Below, piece after piece: positions 36,281-46,547 of a stretch of DNA of 64,000 nucleotides. Source of the DNA: Myxococcota bacterium. GTDB taxonomy: Bacteria > Myxococcota_A > UBA9042 > PHBI01 > JAWLBL01. Within the stretch, counting starts at the first letter, position 1. Each line of letters starts with the position of its first letter. The notes beneath the pieces are model-generated. The model saw only the letters and a program-made list of their open reading frames with translations. It was not told the origin of the DNA and searched no databases. The stretch lies in contig JAWLBL010000007.1 in the NCBI GenBank assembly GCA_041687695.1, positions 128,001 to 192,000 of the forward strand. The letters run 5' to 3'. The position numbers were made by a program, and so were the translations under genes.

Positions 36281-37654
36281 TCAGATGATCTCGAAGTAGC
36301 GGGCGAGCTCCCAGTCGGTGACGGCCGCGCGGGCCTGGCGCACCTCCCAGCGGCGGGTCGCGACGTAGTGGTCGACGAAGGCGTCGCCGAAGAGGGCGCG
36401 GGCCGCCTCGGAGCGCTCGAGGCGATCGGTGGCGTCCGACAGGCAGCGGGGGAGCGCGACCAGATCCTGGCCGGCGTAGGCGTCACCCGAGACGGGGGGC
36501 GGCAGCTCGAGCGCGTGCTCGATGCCCCACAGGCCGGCGCCGAGGCTGGCCGCGAAGGCCAGGTGCGCGTTCATGTCGGCGCCGACGAGGCGGTTCTCGA
36601 CGCGCATCGCCTTGGGCGAGCCGCCGCGGATGACGCGCAGGGCGGCGGTGCGGTTCTCGAAGCCCCAGGTGGCGGTGGTCGGGGCCCACAGGCCGGGGAC
36701 CGTGCGCTTGTAGCTGTTGACCGTGGGGCAGAACAGGGCCATCAGCTCGGGCAGCAGGTGCACGAGGCCGGCCAGGTAATGCCGGAAGGTCTGAGACATC
36801 CCGTCGGGGTCGTCGGGGTCGGCGAACACGGGGACGCCGTCGCGCCATAGGCTCTGGTGGACGTGGCCCGAGCAGCCGGGCAGATCCGAGGCGACCTTGG
36901 CCATGAAGGTGGCCATGACGCCCTGGCGCACGAGCAGCTCCTTGACGGCGGCCTTGAACAGGGCGGCCTTGTCGGCGGCGGCGAGGGCCTCGTCGTAGCG
37001 GATGGCGGCCTCGTAGACGCCGGGGCCGGTCTCGGTGTGGATGCCCTCGATCTCGAGGCCGAAGGCGTCGAGCTGGTCGAGCAGGTCGTGGACGAGGTGG
37101 CCGTGGGTGCTGGCGCGCAGGGCGCTGTAGCCGAACATGCCCGGGGACAGGGGCGTGAGGTGGCGGTAGCCCTTGGCGCGGACGGAGTGGCTGTCCTCCT
37201 TGAAGAGGAAGAACTCGTACTCGCCGGCCATGGTGGCGGAAAAGCCCATGTCGGCGGCGCGGGTGACCACGCGCTGCATGACCTGGCGCGGGCTGGCGGG
37301 GTAGGGCGACCCGTCGGGCAGCCGGAAGTCGAGCAGGAAGAAGGGGATGTCCTGGTCCCAGGGGACGCGGCGGAAGGTGCTGGGGTCGATGGTGCAGTCG
37401 AGGTCGGGGTAACCCGAGTGCCAGCCGGTCACCTGGACGTTGTCGTACAGCACGTCCGCCGAGTCCCAGCCGAAGACGACGTCGCAGAAGCCCATGCCGC
37501 CTTCGAGGGCCGAGGCGAACTTCTCGAAGGTGACGTACTTGCCGCGCAGGACGCCGTCGATGTCGAACCCGCCCAGGCGCACGCGGCGCGTGCCGTGGCC
37601 CTCGAGCTCGTGGAGGAGGTGATCGATGCGGACGTCGCGTCGCTGGGGGTCCAT
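36281..37654 (-). CDS. Glutamine synthetase-family protein (PuuA-like gamma-glutamyl-amine ligase)
   Basis: DIDGVLRGK, EYEFF, HTETGPGVYE, TFMAK, SGHVHQS, NSYKR, WGFENRT, RVENR, VTDWE. Confidence 0.9.
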   Translation of the reverse strand: MDPQRRDVRIDHLLHELEGHGTRRVRLGGFDIDGVLRGKYVTFEKFASALEGGMGFCDVVFGWDSADVLYDNVQVTGWHSGYPDLDCTIDPSTFRRVPWDQDIPFFLLDFRLPDGSPYPASPRQVMQRVVTRAADMGFSATMAGEYEFFLFKEDSHSVRAKGYRHLTPLSPGMFGYSALRASTHGHLVHDLLDQLDAFGLEIEGIHTETGPGVYEAAIRYDEALAAADKAALFKAAVKELLVRQGVMATFMAKVASDLPGCSGHVHQSLWRDGVPVFADPDDPDGMSQTFRHYLAGLVHLLPELMALFCPTVNSYKRTVPGLWAPTTATWGFENRTAALRVIRGGSPKAMRVENRLVGADMNAHLAFAASLGAGLWGIEHALELPPPVSGDAYAGQDLVALPRCLSDATDRLERSEAARALFGDAFVDHYVATRRWEVRQARAAVTDWELARYFEII

Positions 37655-37699
37655 GGAGCCTCCGGGTGGGGCGTGCGTGCGTGGGCGGTCGGTGCGTGG

Positions 37700-37727
37700 A
37701 GCGTAGCAGGTGCGCGCCTCGTGACAA
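37700..37727 (-). promoter_or_regulatory. Sigma70-like promoter of the GS-family gene
   Basis: TTGTCA-N16-TACGCT with an extended -10 TG. Confidence 0.45.
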
Positions 37728-37822
37728 GCGAGCGCCGGATCCCGTGCAATAACGCGGCCCTTGCAAGCGGGGGCCGGATCGGGGAGATAGGGAGGGCCCG
37801 CGCGGGCGAGGAGGACGACGAG

Positions 37823-38446
37823 ATGGGCGAGCCGACAGAGCAGGACAGCGTCAGCGCCCGCGCGTCGGCCGCGGACGGGGCGGGGGGGCGCGCCGTGGGC
37901 CGAGGCGGCTCGGGCGGCGAGGGCGCCCCGGCGGCCCGGGCGCCGTCCGCCTCGGGGATCGAGATGAACCAGCTGGTGCTGCCGCCCGACACGAACGTGC
38001 TCGGGACGGCCTTCGGCGGCGTCGTCATGTCGTGGATCGACATCTGCGCGGCGATGGCCGCCCAGCGGCACGCGCGCTCGGTGGTGGTCACGGCGTCGAT
38101 GGACCAGCTCGACTTCATCGCGCCCATCCGGGCGGGCCACATCGTCAACCTGCGGGCGATGGTGAACTACTGCGGGCGCACGTCGATGGAGGTCGGGGTG
38201 CGCGTCGAGTCCGAGGACCCGCTGACCGGCGAGCGCGCCCACGCGGCGAGCGCCTACCTGACCTTCGTGGCGCTCGACGCCGCCGGCCGCCCGCGCCCGG
38301 TGCCGCCGGTCGCGCCGGAGACGCGCGAGGAGCGGCTGCGCTTCGAGGAGGCGCGCGCCAGGCGGCAGCAGCGGCTGGCCCTGGCCGCCGAGCGCCGGCG
38401 CCTGGCCGAGGTCCATCGCGCTGCGCTGGAGGGCGCCGATGCGTAG
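37823..38446 (+). CDS. Acyl-CoA thioesterase (hotdog fold, YciA-like)
   Basis: VLPPDTNVLGTAFGG, WIDICAA, VVTASMD, GRTSMEVGV, YLTFVALD. Confidence 0.9.
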   Translation: MGEPTEQDSVSARASAADGAGGRAVGRGGSGGEGAPAARAPSASGIEMNQLVLPPDTNVLGTAFGGVVMSWIDICAAMAAQRHARSVVVTASMDQLDFIAPIRAGHIVNLRAMVNYCGRTSMEVGVRVESEDPLTGERAHAASAYLTFVALDAAGRPRPVPPVAPETREERLRFEEARARRQQRLALAAERRRLAEVHRAALEGADA

Positions 38447-38482
38447 CCGCGCCGCTCGCCGACCCTCCGAGGGGGCTCGCCG

Positions 38483-40666
38483 ATGCTCTCGCTGACCCCC
38501 TTCATCGGCTCGCTGCCGCCGGCCAGCCTGGCCACGACGGATCTGGCCCGCTTCGTCACGCGTGCGCTGGGCCGCCGCACGCCCGACGAGCTGGTCGCCG
38601 TGCGCGAGCTGCTGGCGGACAAGGCGCTCGCCGGCTACCCGGACGAGCTGCGGCCGGCCCTGCTGACGGTCGTCGAGCGGCTGCTCGCCGAGGCGGTGCC
38701 GCCCGACGAGCTGGATCCCGAGCGCGTCGAGCGCCTGCTGGCGAGCCGCGCGTTCCTGACGGCGATGGACCGCCGCCTCAAGCTGGGCCGGCAGCCGCTG
38801 CGCCCCGGGACGCCGGTGTCGAGCCCGCTGCGCGCCACCCTGGGGCGGGCGCTGCACGTCCTGCCGGGGCACGGGCCGCAGCTGGTGCTCGTCGCGCCCG
38901 TGGATCTGTTGCGCATCGGCCAACTCGGCTGGTCGTGCCTGCGCGCGCCCGCCCTGGCCCGGCCCATGGACGGCGACCAGGCCGAGGTCGTGCGCGAGAC
39001 CTGGGCGCTCATCGAGGAGCGCTGGGGGTGGGACACGGCCGAGGGGCTGCCGCTGCGGGCGCGCTTCATCAGCGTCGCGTCGCGCCAGGACTTCGACGCG
39101 GCGCGGGTCGTGCAGGCGCTGACGGGGCTCGAGGTCGAGGCGCGCGTGGCCTTGTGGGACGCGGTCCTCGAGCACCTGCGCGACCAGGAGCTGGGCGAGG
39201 CGCGCCGCCCCGGGTGGAAGGGGCTGCACGCGCGGCTGGCGGGGCTGGGCCTGGAGGTGCCCGACGCGGAACTGCGGCCGCTGGTGGCCATCGCCGAGGC
39301 GGCGTTCCGCGCCTGCGCGCCGAGCGTCGCCGTGGCCGAGGGCCGGTGTCCGTGCACCCCGGCGGATCTGCGGGCCTTCGCCGAGTGGGCGGACGTGCCG
39401 GACGCGACCCGCGCGCGGCTGACGGCGCTGGCGCCCGAGGTCGTCGAGCACCACCTGCGGATCCTGGCCGAGCTCGAGGCCGGCCGGCTGGACGTCGCCT
39501 TCGACGACGACCTGCGGCGCGAGCTGCGCATCCTGCGCGACGCGCTGCTGCGCCCGCGGTATGGCCGCGACGCGGACGCGCTGTTCGGCGCCGACCCGCT
39601 GCTGAGGGCGCGGGCGCTGCTGGCGGCCGGTCACGACCGCGCGTGCATCGTGGCGGATCTCCGGACGCTGGCCGAGGAGGCGCGCGAGGCCGCCGAGCGG
39701 CGCCGACCCGAAGAGCGGGAGGCGACGCCGCCCGAGGTGACCGACGTGGAGCCGGGCACCGAGGCGGAGCCTGCCCCGACGCCGCCCGTGAACCCGTTCG
39801 CCGGGATGGGTGACGAGCCGCGCGCCCCGACCTCGCGCCCGATCACCGGCGGCGAGGGCGTCGCGCCGAAGAGCCCGTTCGCCGAGCCCGAGGCGCCGGC
39901 GGCCGCGCTGCCGCCGATGCCCCGTCCGCCGCCGCGCTCCCGGCCCATCACGACCCGCCGCATCGAGCTGCCGCCGATGCCCGAGCCGCCCCCGCCGAAC
40001 TGGGCCGCGACGGGCCGCGCGCGCGCACGGACCCACACCCGCCCCGCCGGCGCGCTGCCGCCCCTGGGCGACACCCCGGTGCACGGCGCGACGCCCCCGC
40101 GTCCGCCCGCGACCCCGACCGCCCGGACCTCGCCCGCGGTGCCCGCGCCCGCCGTGGCGCCCACGCCGAAGGCGCCCCCGGCGGCCCGCCCGCGCACGAC
40201 GCCGACGGTGCCGCTGCCGCCGGGCAGCATCCTGGACGGGCCCAACGCGCCGCGGCCGCGCCCGGCGACGGCCCCGCACCTGGTCACGCCGTCGCAGGCC
40301 AGCGCGTTCTACGAGTCGGCCTTCCGCGAGCTGCAGATCCTCGAGCGGGATCTGCTCGAGCGCGGCCCATGGAAGGCGGCGGTGGCGCGGGTCGCTACGC
40401 TCGAGCGCGAGGCGGACGGGCTGGCGGTGGCGCTCGGGCCGTCGGCGCGCTCGGGGGACCGGGACTTCCGGGTGGCGCTGCAGCGCGTCCAGCTGGTCCA
40501 GTCGTACCTCGGGCGCATCAAGCCGCTGCTCGAGGCCAGCCCCGAGCCGCCGCCCGCGACGCCCGATCCCACGGTGGACGAGCCGCCAGAGCCGTCGCCG
40601 GGCCCGGGTGTGTTCGGGCGCCTGGGGCGGCTGCTCAAGAAGGAGCGCGCCAAGGCCGACGACTGA
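38483..40666 (+). CDS. Hypothetical protein: helical N-domain, long Pro-rich linker, small C-domain
   Basis: 727-aa ORF with coding-type codon bias; no recognisable motif. Confidence 0.7.
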   Translation: MLSLTPFIGSLPPASLATTDLARFVTRALGRRTPDELVAVRELLADKALAGYPDELRPALLTVVERLLAEAVPPDELDPERVERLLASRAFLTAMDRRLKLGRQPLRPGTPVSSPLRATLGRALHVLPGHGPQLVLVAPVDLLRIGQLGWSCLRAPALARPMDGDQAEVVRETWALIEERWGWDTAEGLPLRARFISVASRQDFDAARVVQALTGLEVEARVALWDAVLEHLRDQELGEARRPGWKGLHARLAGLGLEVPDAELRPLVAIAEAAFRACAPSVAVAEGRCPCTPADLRAFAEWADVPDATRARLTALAPEVVEHHLRILAELEAGRLDVAFDDDLRRELRILRDALLRPRYGRDADALFGADPLLRARALLAAGHDRACIVADLRTLAEEAREAAERRRPEEREATPPEVTDVEPGTEAEPAPTPPVNPFAGMGDEPRAPTSRPITGGEGVAPKSPFAEPEAPAAALPPMPRPPPRSRPITTRRIELPPMPEPPPPNWAATGRARARTHTRPAGALPPLGDTPVHGATPPRPPATPTARTSPAVPAPAVAPTPKAPPAARPRTTPTVPLPPGSILDGPNAPRPRPATAPHLVTPSQASAFYESAFRELQILERDLLERGPWKAAVARVATLEREADGLAVALGPSARSGDRDFRVALQRVQLVQSYLGRIKPLLEASPEPPPATPDPTVDEPPEPSPGPGVFGRLGRLLKKERAKADD

Positions 40667-40681
40667 CGGCCGCGGCCGGGC

Positions 40682-42451
40682 TCACGGCGTGACGCGCGCC
40701 CAGCGGCCCAGCCAGTAGGCGATGCGGAAGTCGACGCCCGGCAGCAGCACGTCGCCGTCGCCGTCCAGGTTCGGCTGATAGGGGTTGGTGCGCCAGTGAT
40801 AGTTGCTGGGGCCGCGGGTGCGCATCGGGACGGGCTCGGCGGCGACCAGGGCGCAGCCGCGACCGACGCAGCCGAGGACGGTCAGCGGCGTGCCGTCGAG
40901 CGCGACGCACCCGGGGGCGTCGACCTGGGGCGCGTCGCAGCCGCACTGGGCCGCCGGGCAGTTGACGACGCCGTGGCTCCAGTAGGGGGCCTCGGGGAAG
41001 TCGGCCAGGGTCTCGAGGCCCCGCGCGACGGCGGCGGCGTCGACGGGGTGGGGCGCGGCGCCGCCCGGGCTCAGGCCGGCGAGGCCGGCCGCGTAGATGA
41101 AGTCGAAGTAGGACTGCTTCATCTCGACGGGCTGGCGGGTGTCGCCCGGGATGGCGTACAGGCCGTGGGCCAGGGCGTCGCGCAGGACGGCCGCGGCTGC
41201 GGGGTCGTCCAGGTAGCGCAGGGCCAGCCACGCCGAGCCGAAGGCCATGTTGTAGTTGGAGAAGTTGGTCTCGAGGCCGAAGGAGACGAACAGGTTGTCG
41301 CGGGCGAGCTCGTGCAGGCGGCGCTCGCCGATGAGCTCGCCCTGCAGCCAGGCGTCCAGCTCGGGGTCCTCGGTCAGGTAGACCCAGGAGGCGACGAACC
41401 CCAGGGCCATCAGGGCGTGGAACCCGTTGCCGAGCCCGTCGAGGTAGAGCTGCCCGTCCAGGTTGTTCTCGTTGAGCCAGCCGTGGAGCGTCGTGCGGCC
41501 GTCGGCGTCGGGGATCTCGAGGTCGTAGCCGCTGGCGCGCACGACCTTCAGCTCGCGGGCGAGCGCGAGGCCGTCGGCGCGCAGGCGCTGCTTGACGGCG
41601 TCCGGGACGCTGGGGTCGTCGCGGGTGACCTCCCAGACGCTGACGAAGGCCGTGACCCAGCCCAGCATCATGTCGCGGCTGACCGAGTCCTCCCAGAGGT
41701 AGCCGGGGTGCTCTCCGGAGAGGTCCTCGCGCCAGGTGCCGTTGTTCTTGACCGCCGGCAGGGGCTGGCCCTGGTCGTCGAACAGCGGCAGGGGCTGATG
41801 GTGCTCGCCCCCGGGCAGGTCGGTCCGGGCATACCCGCGCGCGATGACGCCCGGCGTCCCGGTGATCGCGACGGCCCGGCGCAGCCCCTCGAGCCCGGCC
41901 AGCAGGTGGGCCCGCGCGCGGTCGACCTCGGCGGCCGGGTACCCCTGGTCGCGCAGCACGCCGTAGCGGAAGGCGTCGGCCGCGAGGCCCACCCCGGCGT
42001 ACAGGCCGGCGACCTTGTGCTGCGCCGTGACGACGTCCAGCGCCGGCTTGCCGGCGAAGGCCTCGAAGTCCCAGGCGTCGTCGGCGGCCGCGAAGGCTTC
42101 GACCAGGGCGCGGTCCGCGGCGCGGTCGAGGGCTACCGACACGTCCGTGTTCACGCCCGTGGCGGCCGCGTTGAAGGCGCGCCAGACGCGCTCGTAGCGG
42201 GTGGCCTTCGCCTCGAGCACGGCGTCGAAGCCAGGCTCGCAGGGACCCGGGACGAGGTAGGTGCCGGCGTAGGCGCAGGTCGGCCCGGCGTCGGCGGCGT
42301 CGGCCACGTCCAGCTCGGCCGCGGCGTCCGCGTCCTCCTCGACGGCGCCGTCGGGTTGCGTCACGGCGTCGGCGTCCAGCCCGACTGCGGGTTCGGCGCC
42401 GCAGCCGCTCGACAGCACCCACAGACCCATCCCGACCACGAACGCTCTCAC
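40682..42451 (-). CDS. Hypothetical lipoprotein, probably a helical-barrel enzyme
   Basis: Lipobox SSGC, acidic linker; SRDMMLGW and NFSNYNMAF segments; Cys-rich insert near the C-terminus. Confidence 0.72.
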   Translation of the reverse strand: MRAFVVGMGLWVLSSGCGAEPAVGLDADAVTQPDGAVEEDADAAAELDVADAADAGPTCAYAGTYLVPGPCEPGFDAVLEAKATRYERVWRAFNAAATGVNTDVSVALDRAADRALVEAFAAADDAWDFEAFAGKPALDVVTAQHKVAGLYAGVGLAADAFRYGVLRDQGYPAAEVDRARAHLLAGLEGLRRAVAITGTPGVIARGYARTDLPGGEHHQPLPLFDDQGQPLPAVKNNGTWREDLSGEHPGYLWEDSVSRDMMLGWVTAFVSVWEVTRDDPSVPDAVKQRLRADGLALARELKVVRASGYDLEIPDADGRTTLHGWLNENNLDGQLYLDGLGNGFHALMALGFVASWVYLTEDPELDAWLQGELIGERRLHELARDNLFVSFGLETNFSNYNMAFGSAWLALRYLDDPAAAAVLRDALAHGLYAIPGDTRQPVEMKQSYFDFIYAAGLAGLSPGGAAPHPVDAAAVARGLETLADFPEAPYWSHGVVNCPAAQCGCDAPQVDAPGCVALDGTPLTVLGCVGRGCALVAAEPVPMRTRGPSNYHWRTNPYQPNLDGDGDVLLPGVDFRIAYWLGRWARVTP

Positions 42452-42518
42452 GCGACCCCCTTGTCCGGCGGGCGGAGCATAGCCTCCCGTGCTCCCGCTG
42501 AGAACGCGCGTCGGCGCC

Positions 42519-44226
42519 TCAGGAGCCGACCACGACCACGACGCGCGTGCGGGTCGGGTCGCCGGGATCGCGATACAGGCCGATGCCGATGCGGGCGTGC
42601 GGCGTGTCGACGATGGGCGCCGGCGCGTCGAAGGCCTCGAGATCGCTCACGGTGATGACCCAGGCCGCCGCGCCCCGGCGCGTCAGGCCGCGCTCGTCGG
42701 CCAGATCCAGCGCGTCGCGTGGGGCGGCGTCGGTCAGGGCGGCGGCCTGGGTCGCGACGCGCTCGAGGCGCGCGTCGGCGACGAAGCGCGCGTGCCCGGC
42801 GGCCGCGCGCGCGGCGTCGAGGCGCTCGAGGAGCTGGGCTCGCGCCGCCGCGGGATCGAGCGGGGCCGGGATCCGCGCGAAGACCTGGGTGAGCAGCCAG
42901 ACGCGGTGGCCGTCGCGGCGCTGCTCGGCGACGCCCACGCCGACGTGGGTCATCGAGGGCGACAGCACGTTCCGGCGGTGCCCCAGGCTGTGCATCAGCG
43001 TGGCCTGCGCGTCGACCAGGCTGCGGTTGCCGGCCAGGTTCTCGGCCCAGGCGATGGCCGGATAGCCGGCGCGCCCGATGCGGTCGGTCAGCGATCCGGT
43101 GCGCGGCGAGTGGTGGCCGAAGAAGCCGCCGTCGCGCATGTCCTCGCTGTGGGCGCGGGCGATGTCGGCCAGGGCGGAGTCGTGGCGCAGCTCGGGCAGG
43201 CCGAACCGGGCCCGGTCCCGGTTGAGCCGATCCAGCGCTTCGGCCTCGGCGTCCCAGGCGTCGGCGATCTCGCGCTCCTCGGGGGGCCAGGCGCCCTCGA
43301 AGCGGTCGGGTGGGTCCTGCCCGACGTACAGCGCCAGCTGCGTCAGCGGCGACGGCCCGTGCGGGCCGGTGCCCAGGACCTCGACGTCCAGCCGCCCCTC
43401 GGCGCGAGGGGCCACGACGGTCGCCGAGAAGCGGGCGCCGCGCGCGGCGACGTCGGGCTCGACGATGGCGAGATCCGGCCCCATGGTGACGACGCGCGGC
43501 TCGCGCCAGCCGGGCGGCAAGCGCCCCGACACACGCACGCGCTGGCCGGGGGCCACGCGGCGCGGGACGGGGTCCAGCGCGAGGGCCGTGCGGCCGACGA
43601 CGACCGCGATGACGCGCTCGGGCTCGGGCCCGAGGGCGTAGGCCTCGCCGACCCCGACCCGGGGCGCGCCGCCGCGGGCGTCGGAGCGGCCCATCAGCTC
43701 GCGGACCCGCGCCAGGATGGCCTCGGGTTCGAGCGAGCGGGTGACCACGAAGGCCTGCAGCACGCCCCACTCGGTGGCGCCCCGCGCCGTCGAGCATGAA
43801 CTGCAGCGCGTCGCTGGGCGCCATGCGGCCGTGGGTCGAGTAGAAGACGGCCAGCTCGCGCGCGGCGCGGCCGAGCGCCGGGTCGAACCTGGCCTCGGCG
43901 ATCGGGGCGAGAAGGTCGCGGTAGCGCTCGTCCGAGGGCGTCCAGCGCGGGTCGGCGTAGGCCTCGGCCGGCGGCTCGATCAGCTCGTGGAAGTAGGTCG
44001 CAGCGTCGGGTCCGGCGAGGTCGGAGGCCTCGTCAGCGTGTGCGGGCTGGGTCCCGGGGGCGGCCGTCGGCGTGGTCGCCGGTGGGAGCCTCGCGCCGGC
44101 GGTGGAGGGGGGGCGTCGGACGCGGTCGCCGTCAATGGCCGTCCAGGTGACCAGCGCACCCAGACCCAGAGCCAGCAGCCCCAGGGGCGCGCGGCGGAGT
44201 CGGGACCTGGAGCGAGGCGCGGACAT
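42519..44226 (-). pseudogene. Membrane-anchored CAP (SCP) domain protein split by a 1-nt frameshift (true pseudogene or sequence error)
   Basis: N-terminal frame (MSAPRSR...TM...FMLDGAG) shifts at the G-run 43780-43783 into the frame encoding ATEWGVLQAF...ARAHSEDM...FFGH...AENLA...SLGHRRNVL. Confidence 0.72.
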
Positions 44227-44251
44227 GATCACCGTGGCGCAGTGTCGAGGC

Positions 44252-44299
44252 CTTCGAAACGAAGGAGCCCTCGCCACCAACCGGTGACGAGGGCCCTTC
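44252..44299 (-). terminator. Intrinsic terminator downstream of the RRM gene
   Basis: GAAGGGCCCTCGTCACC/GGTGGCGAGGGCTCCTTC stem, then GTTTCGAAG. Confidence 0.6.
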
Positions 44300-44345
44300 A
44301 TTCATGCATGGCATGCGTTCGCGGCGCGAGCGCCGCGCGCGGGGA

Positions 44346-44693
44346 CTACCAGCGGCCGCCGCCGCCACCGTAGCCGCCGCCACCGCCGCCGCCGCCGTAG
44401 CCGCCACGGCCACCGCGACCACCGCCACCACCGCCGCCGCCACCGGAGCGCTCCTGCGCCTCGTTGACGTTGAGGGTGCGGCCGTCGAGCATGGCGCCGC
44501 TCATGCGGGTCATCGCCGTCTGGGCGTCGTCCGAGTTCGCGAACGTCACGAACCCGAAGCCGCGGCTGCGGCCCGTGTCACGATCGGTGATGACCTTGGC
44601 GTCGGTCACCTCGCCGTGCTCCTCGAACGCGGCGCGCAGGCCGTGATCGTCCGTGTCCCAGCTCAGGCCGCCGACAAAAAGCTTCTTCGACAT
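44346..44693 (-). CDS. RRM RNA-binding protein with Gly-rich RGG tail
   Basis: RNP2 LFVGGL, RNP1 RGFGFVTF, LDGRTLNVNEA, GGRGGYGG tail. Confidence 0.95.
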   Translation of the reverse strand: MSKKLFVGGLSWDTDDHGLRAAFEEHGEVTDAKVITDRDTGRSRGFGFVTFANSDDAQTAMTRMSGAMLDGRTLNVNEAQERSGGGGGGGGGRGGRGGYGGGGGGGGYGGGGGRW

Positions 44694-45010
44694 CTCTCGT
44701 CTCACTTGCGGCGCGCCGTAGCGGCGCCGACTTCGCACACTGCTCGCGGGGGGAGCCCACGAGCTCCGGCGGCCCCAATGGCCGCACGGGATCCGACATC
44801 CAGGTAGGCTGCCGGACGCCTCTCCGGGCGCAGCGCGTTCTTGCGCGACCCGTCGAGATCAACGAACCCAAGCAGAGGCACCTGGTTTTCCGTCGAGGGG
44901 CGTACCCTACGGACCTCGGCAGCGATTGCAAGGCGTCGGGCCCATATTTCTTTTGACGACCCCGCGACGGGCGGCCCATGGTCACCCCGCACTTCGCGAC
45001 GGAGCCGCGT

Positions 45011-45343
45011 ATGTCCTGGGTCCTCCTCGTCCTCGCCGGGCTACTCGAGACCGGCTGGGCCATCGGCCTCAAGTACTCCGAGGGCTTCACGCGCCCGCTG
45101 CCGACCGCCCTCACGGCCGTGGCGCTGATCGGCAGCATGTGGCTGCTGGGGCTGGCGGTCCGGGACCTGCCCATCGGCACCGCCTACCCCATCTGGGTCG
45201 GCATCGGCGCGACCGGCGCCGCGATCCTCGGCGTCGTCCTGTTCGACGAGCCCCTGACGACCGCGCGGGTCGTCTTCATCCTGATGCTGGTCGCGGCGAT
45301 CGTCGGCCTGAAGCTGACCAGCGGGCCCTCGACGCCCGTGTGA
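45011..45343 (+). CDS. sugE: SMR-family exporter, SugE/Gdx type
   Basis: MSWVLLVLAGLLETGWAIGLKYSEGFTR, LPIGTAYPIWVGIGA, IVGLKL. Confidence 0.88.
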   Translation: MSWVLLVLAGLLETGWAIGLKYSEGFTRPLPTALTAVALIGSMWLLGLAVRDLPIGTAYPIWVGIGATGAAILGVVLFDEPLTTARVVFILMLVAAIVGLKLTSGPSTPV

Positions 45344-45376
45344 CGGACGAGGGCGGTCCTGTTAGGCTGCCGCGCC

Positions 45377-46540
45377 GTGGACGCCAACGCTCCCCACCGC
45401 CCGAACGCTTCCCCGGGATCCGCCGGAGGAGAGGTCAGACCGTCGGACCCGCCGGACGCGCGGATCGGACGCGTCATCGCCGGGCGCTTCGAGATTGTGG
45501 CGCTGCTGGGGCAGGGCGGGATGGGCTCCGTCTACCGGGCGCGGCAGCTGAGCGTCGGCCGCGAGGTCGCCCTGAAGCTGGTCCGCGCCGACGCGGTCGG
45601 GGACGCCCGGATCGCCAAGCGGTTCGCACGCGAGATGGAGGCCACGACGCGGGTCGCCCATCCGAACACCGTGCGCCTGTTCGACGTCGGGACCACCGAC
45701 GACGGCGAGCCCTTCCTGGCGATGGAGCTGGTGCCGGGCGAGCCGCTGTCTGCGGTGCTCGAGCGGCACGGGCGGCTGCCGCCGGGGCGCGTCGCCTGGA
45801 TCGGCCTGCAAGTGGCGCGCTCGCTCGAGGCGGCCCACGCGCGCGGCGTCGTCCACCGCGATCTGAAGCCCGCCAACCTGATGATCGGCGACCTGCCCGG
45901 GCAGCCCGATCACGTGACGGTGCTGGACTTCGGGCTCGCGCGCTTCCTCGAGGGCGGCGTGGACGGGCAGGGCACCGTGCTGACGCGCAGCGGCGCCGTC
46001 CTGGGCACCGCCCGCTACATGGCGCCCGAGCAGGCGCAGGGCCAGGCGGTCGACCACCGGGCCGATCTCTACGCCCTCGGCGTCATCCTCTACGAAGCCG
46101 CCACCGGCCGCCCGCCGTTCACGGCCGGGACGCCGATGGCGCTGATGTACATGCAGGCGCACGAGCCGCCGGCGCCGCCGCGCGCGCTCGCGCCCGATCT
46201 CCCGCGCTGGCTCGAGGCGCTCGTCTTGCGGCTGCTCGCCAAGGACCCTGCCGGACGCCCGCAGCGGGCCGACGAGGTCGCGACCTTCCTGGCGGCCCAT
46301 TGCGGTGTCGGCCCCGACGGGCGCCCGACGATCGCTCACCGGCGTCGACCCGGCGCCTGGCGGAGCTGGCTGCTGGGCGCCGCCGTGGCCGCAGGGGTCG
46401 TGGGCCTGGGCCGCCTCGTCTGGCCGCTGCTGGCGCCCGAACCGCCGGCCACGCCGACGCCCGTCGAGCCCCGCTCGGCCATCGTCGACGAGCCCGCGCC
46501 TGCGTCGGTGGCTCCACAGGCGCCGGCGCCGCGGCCCTGA
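45377..46540 (+). CDS. Membrane-anchored Hanks-type Ser/Thr protein kinase
   Basis: GQGGMG, VALK, HRDLKPAN, DFG, YMAPEQ, DLYALG; C-terminal TM segment. Confidence 0.93.
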   Translation: MDANAPHRPNASPGSAGGEVRPSDPPDARIGRVIAGRFEIVALLGQGGMGSVYRARQLSVGREVALKLVRADAVGDARIAKRFAREMEATTRVAHPNTVRLFDVGTTDDGEPFLAMELVPGEPLSAVLERHGRLPPGRVAWIGLQVARSLEAAHARGVVHRDLKPANLMIGDLPGQPDHVTVLDFGLARFLEGGVDGQGTVLTRSGAVLGTARYMAPEQAQGQAVDHRADLYALGVILYEAATGRPPFTAGTPMALMYMQAHEPPAPPRALAPDLPRWLEALVLRLLAKDPAGRPQRADEVATFLAAHCGVGPDGRPTIAHRRRPGAWRSWLLGAAVAAGVVGLGRLVWPLLAPEPPATPTPVEPRSAIVDEPAPASVAPQAPAPRP

Positions 46541-46547
46541 CCGGCCC

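Noticed and set aside
44350..44445. (CCG/CCA)n-rich tract as a non-coding repeat
   Set aside because: It encodes the Gly-rich tail of the RRM protein.
44940..45010. Guanidine riboswitch upstream of the SugE/Gdx exporter
   Set aside because: ACGA/ACGG words are present but not within the twin G-ACGR-C closed hairpins of guanidine-II, and I see no class I or III consensus. An Infernal search would settle it.
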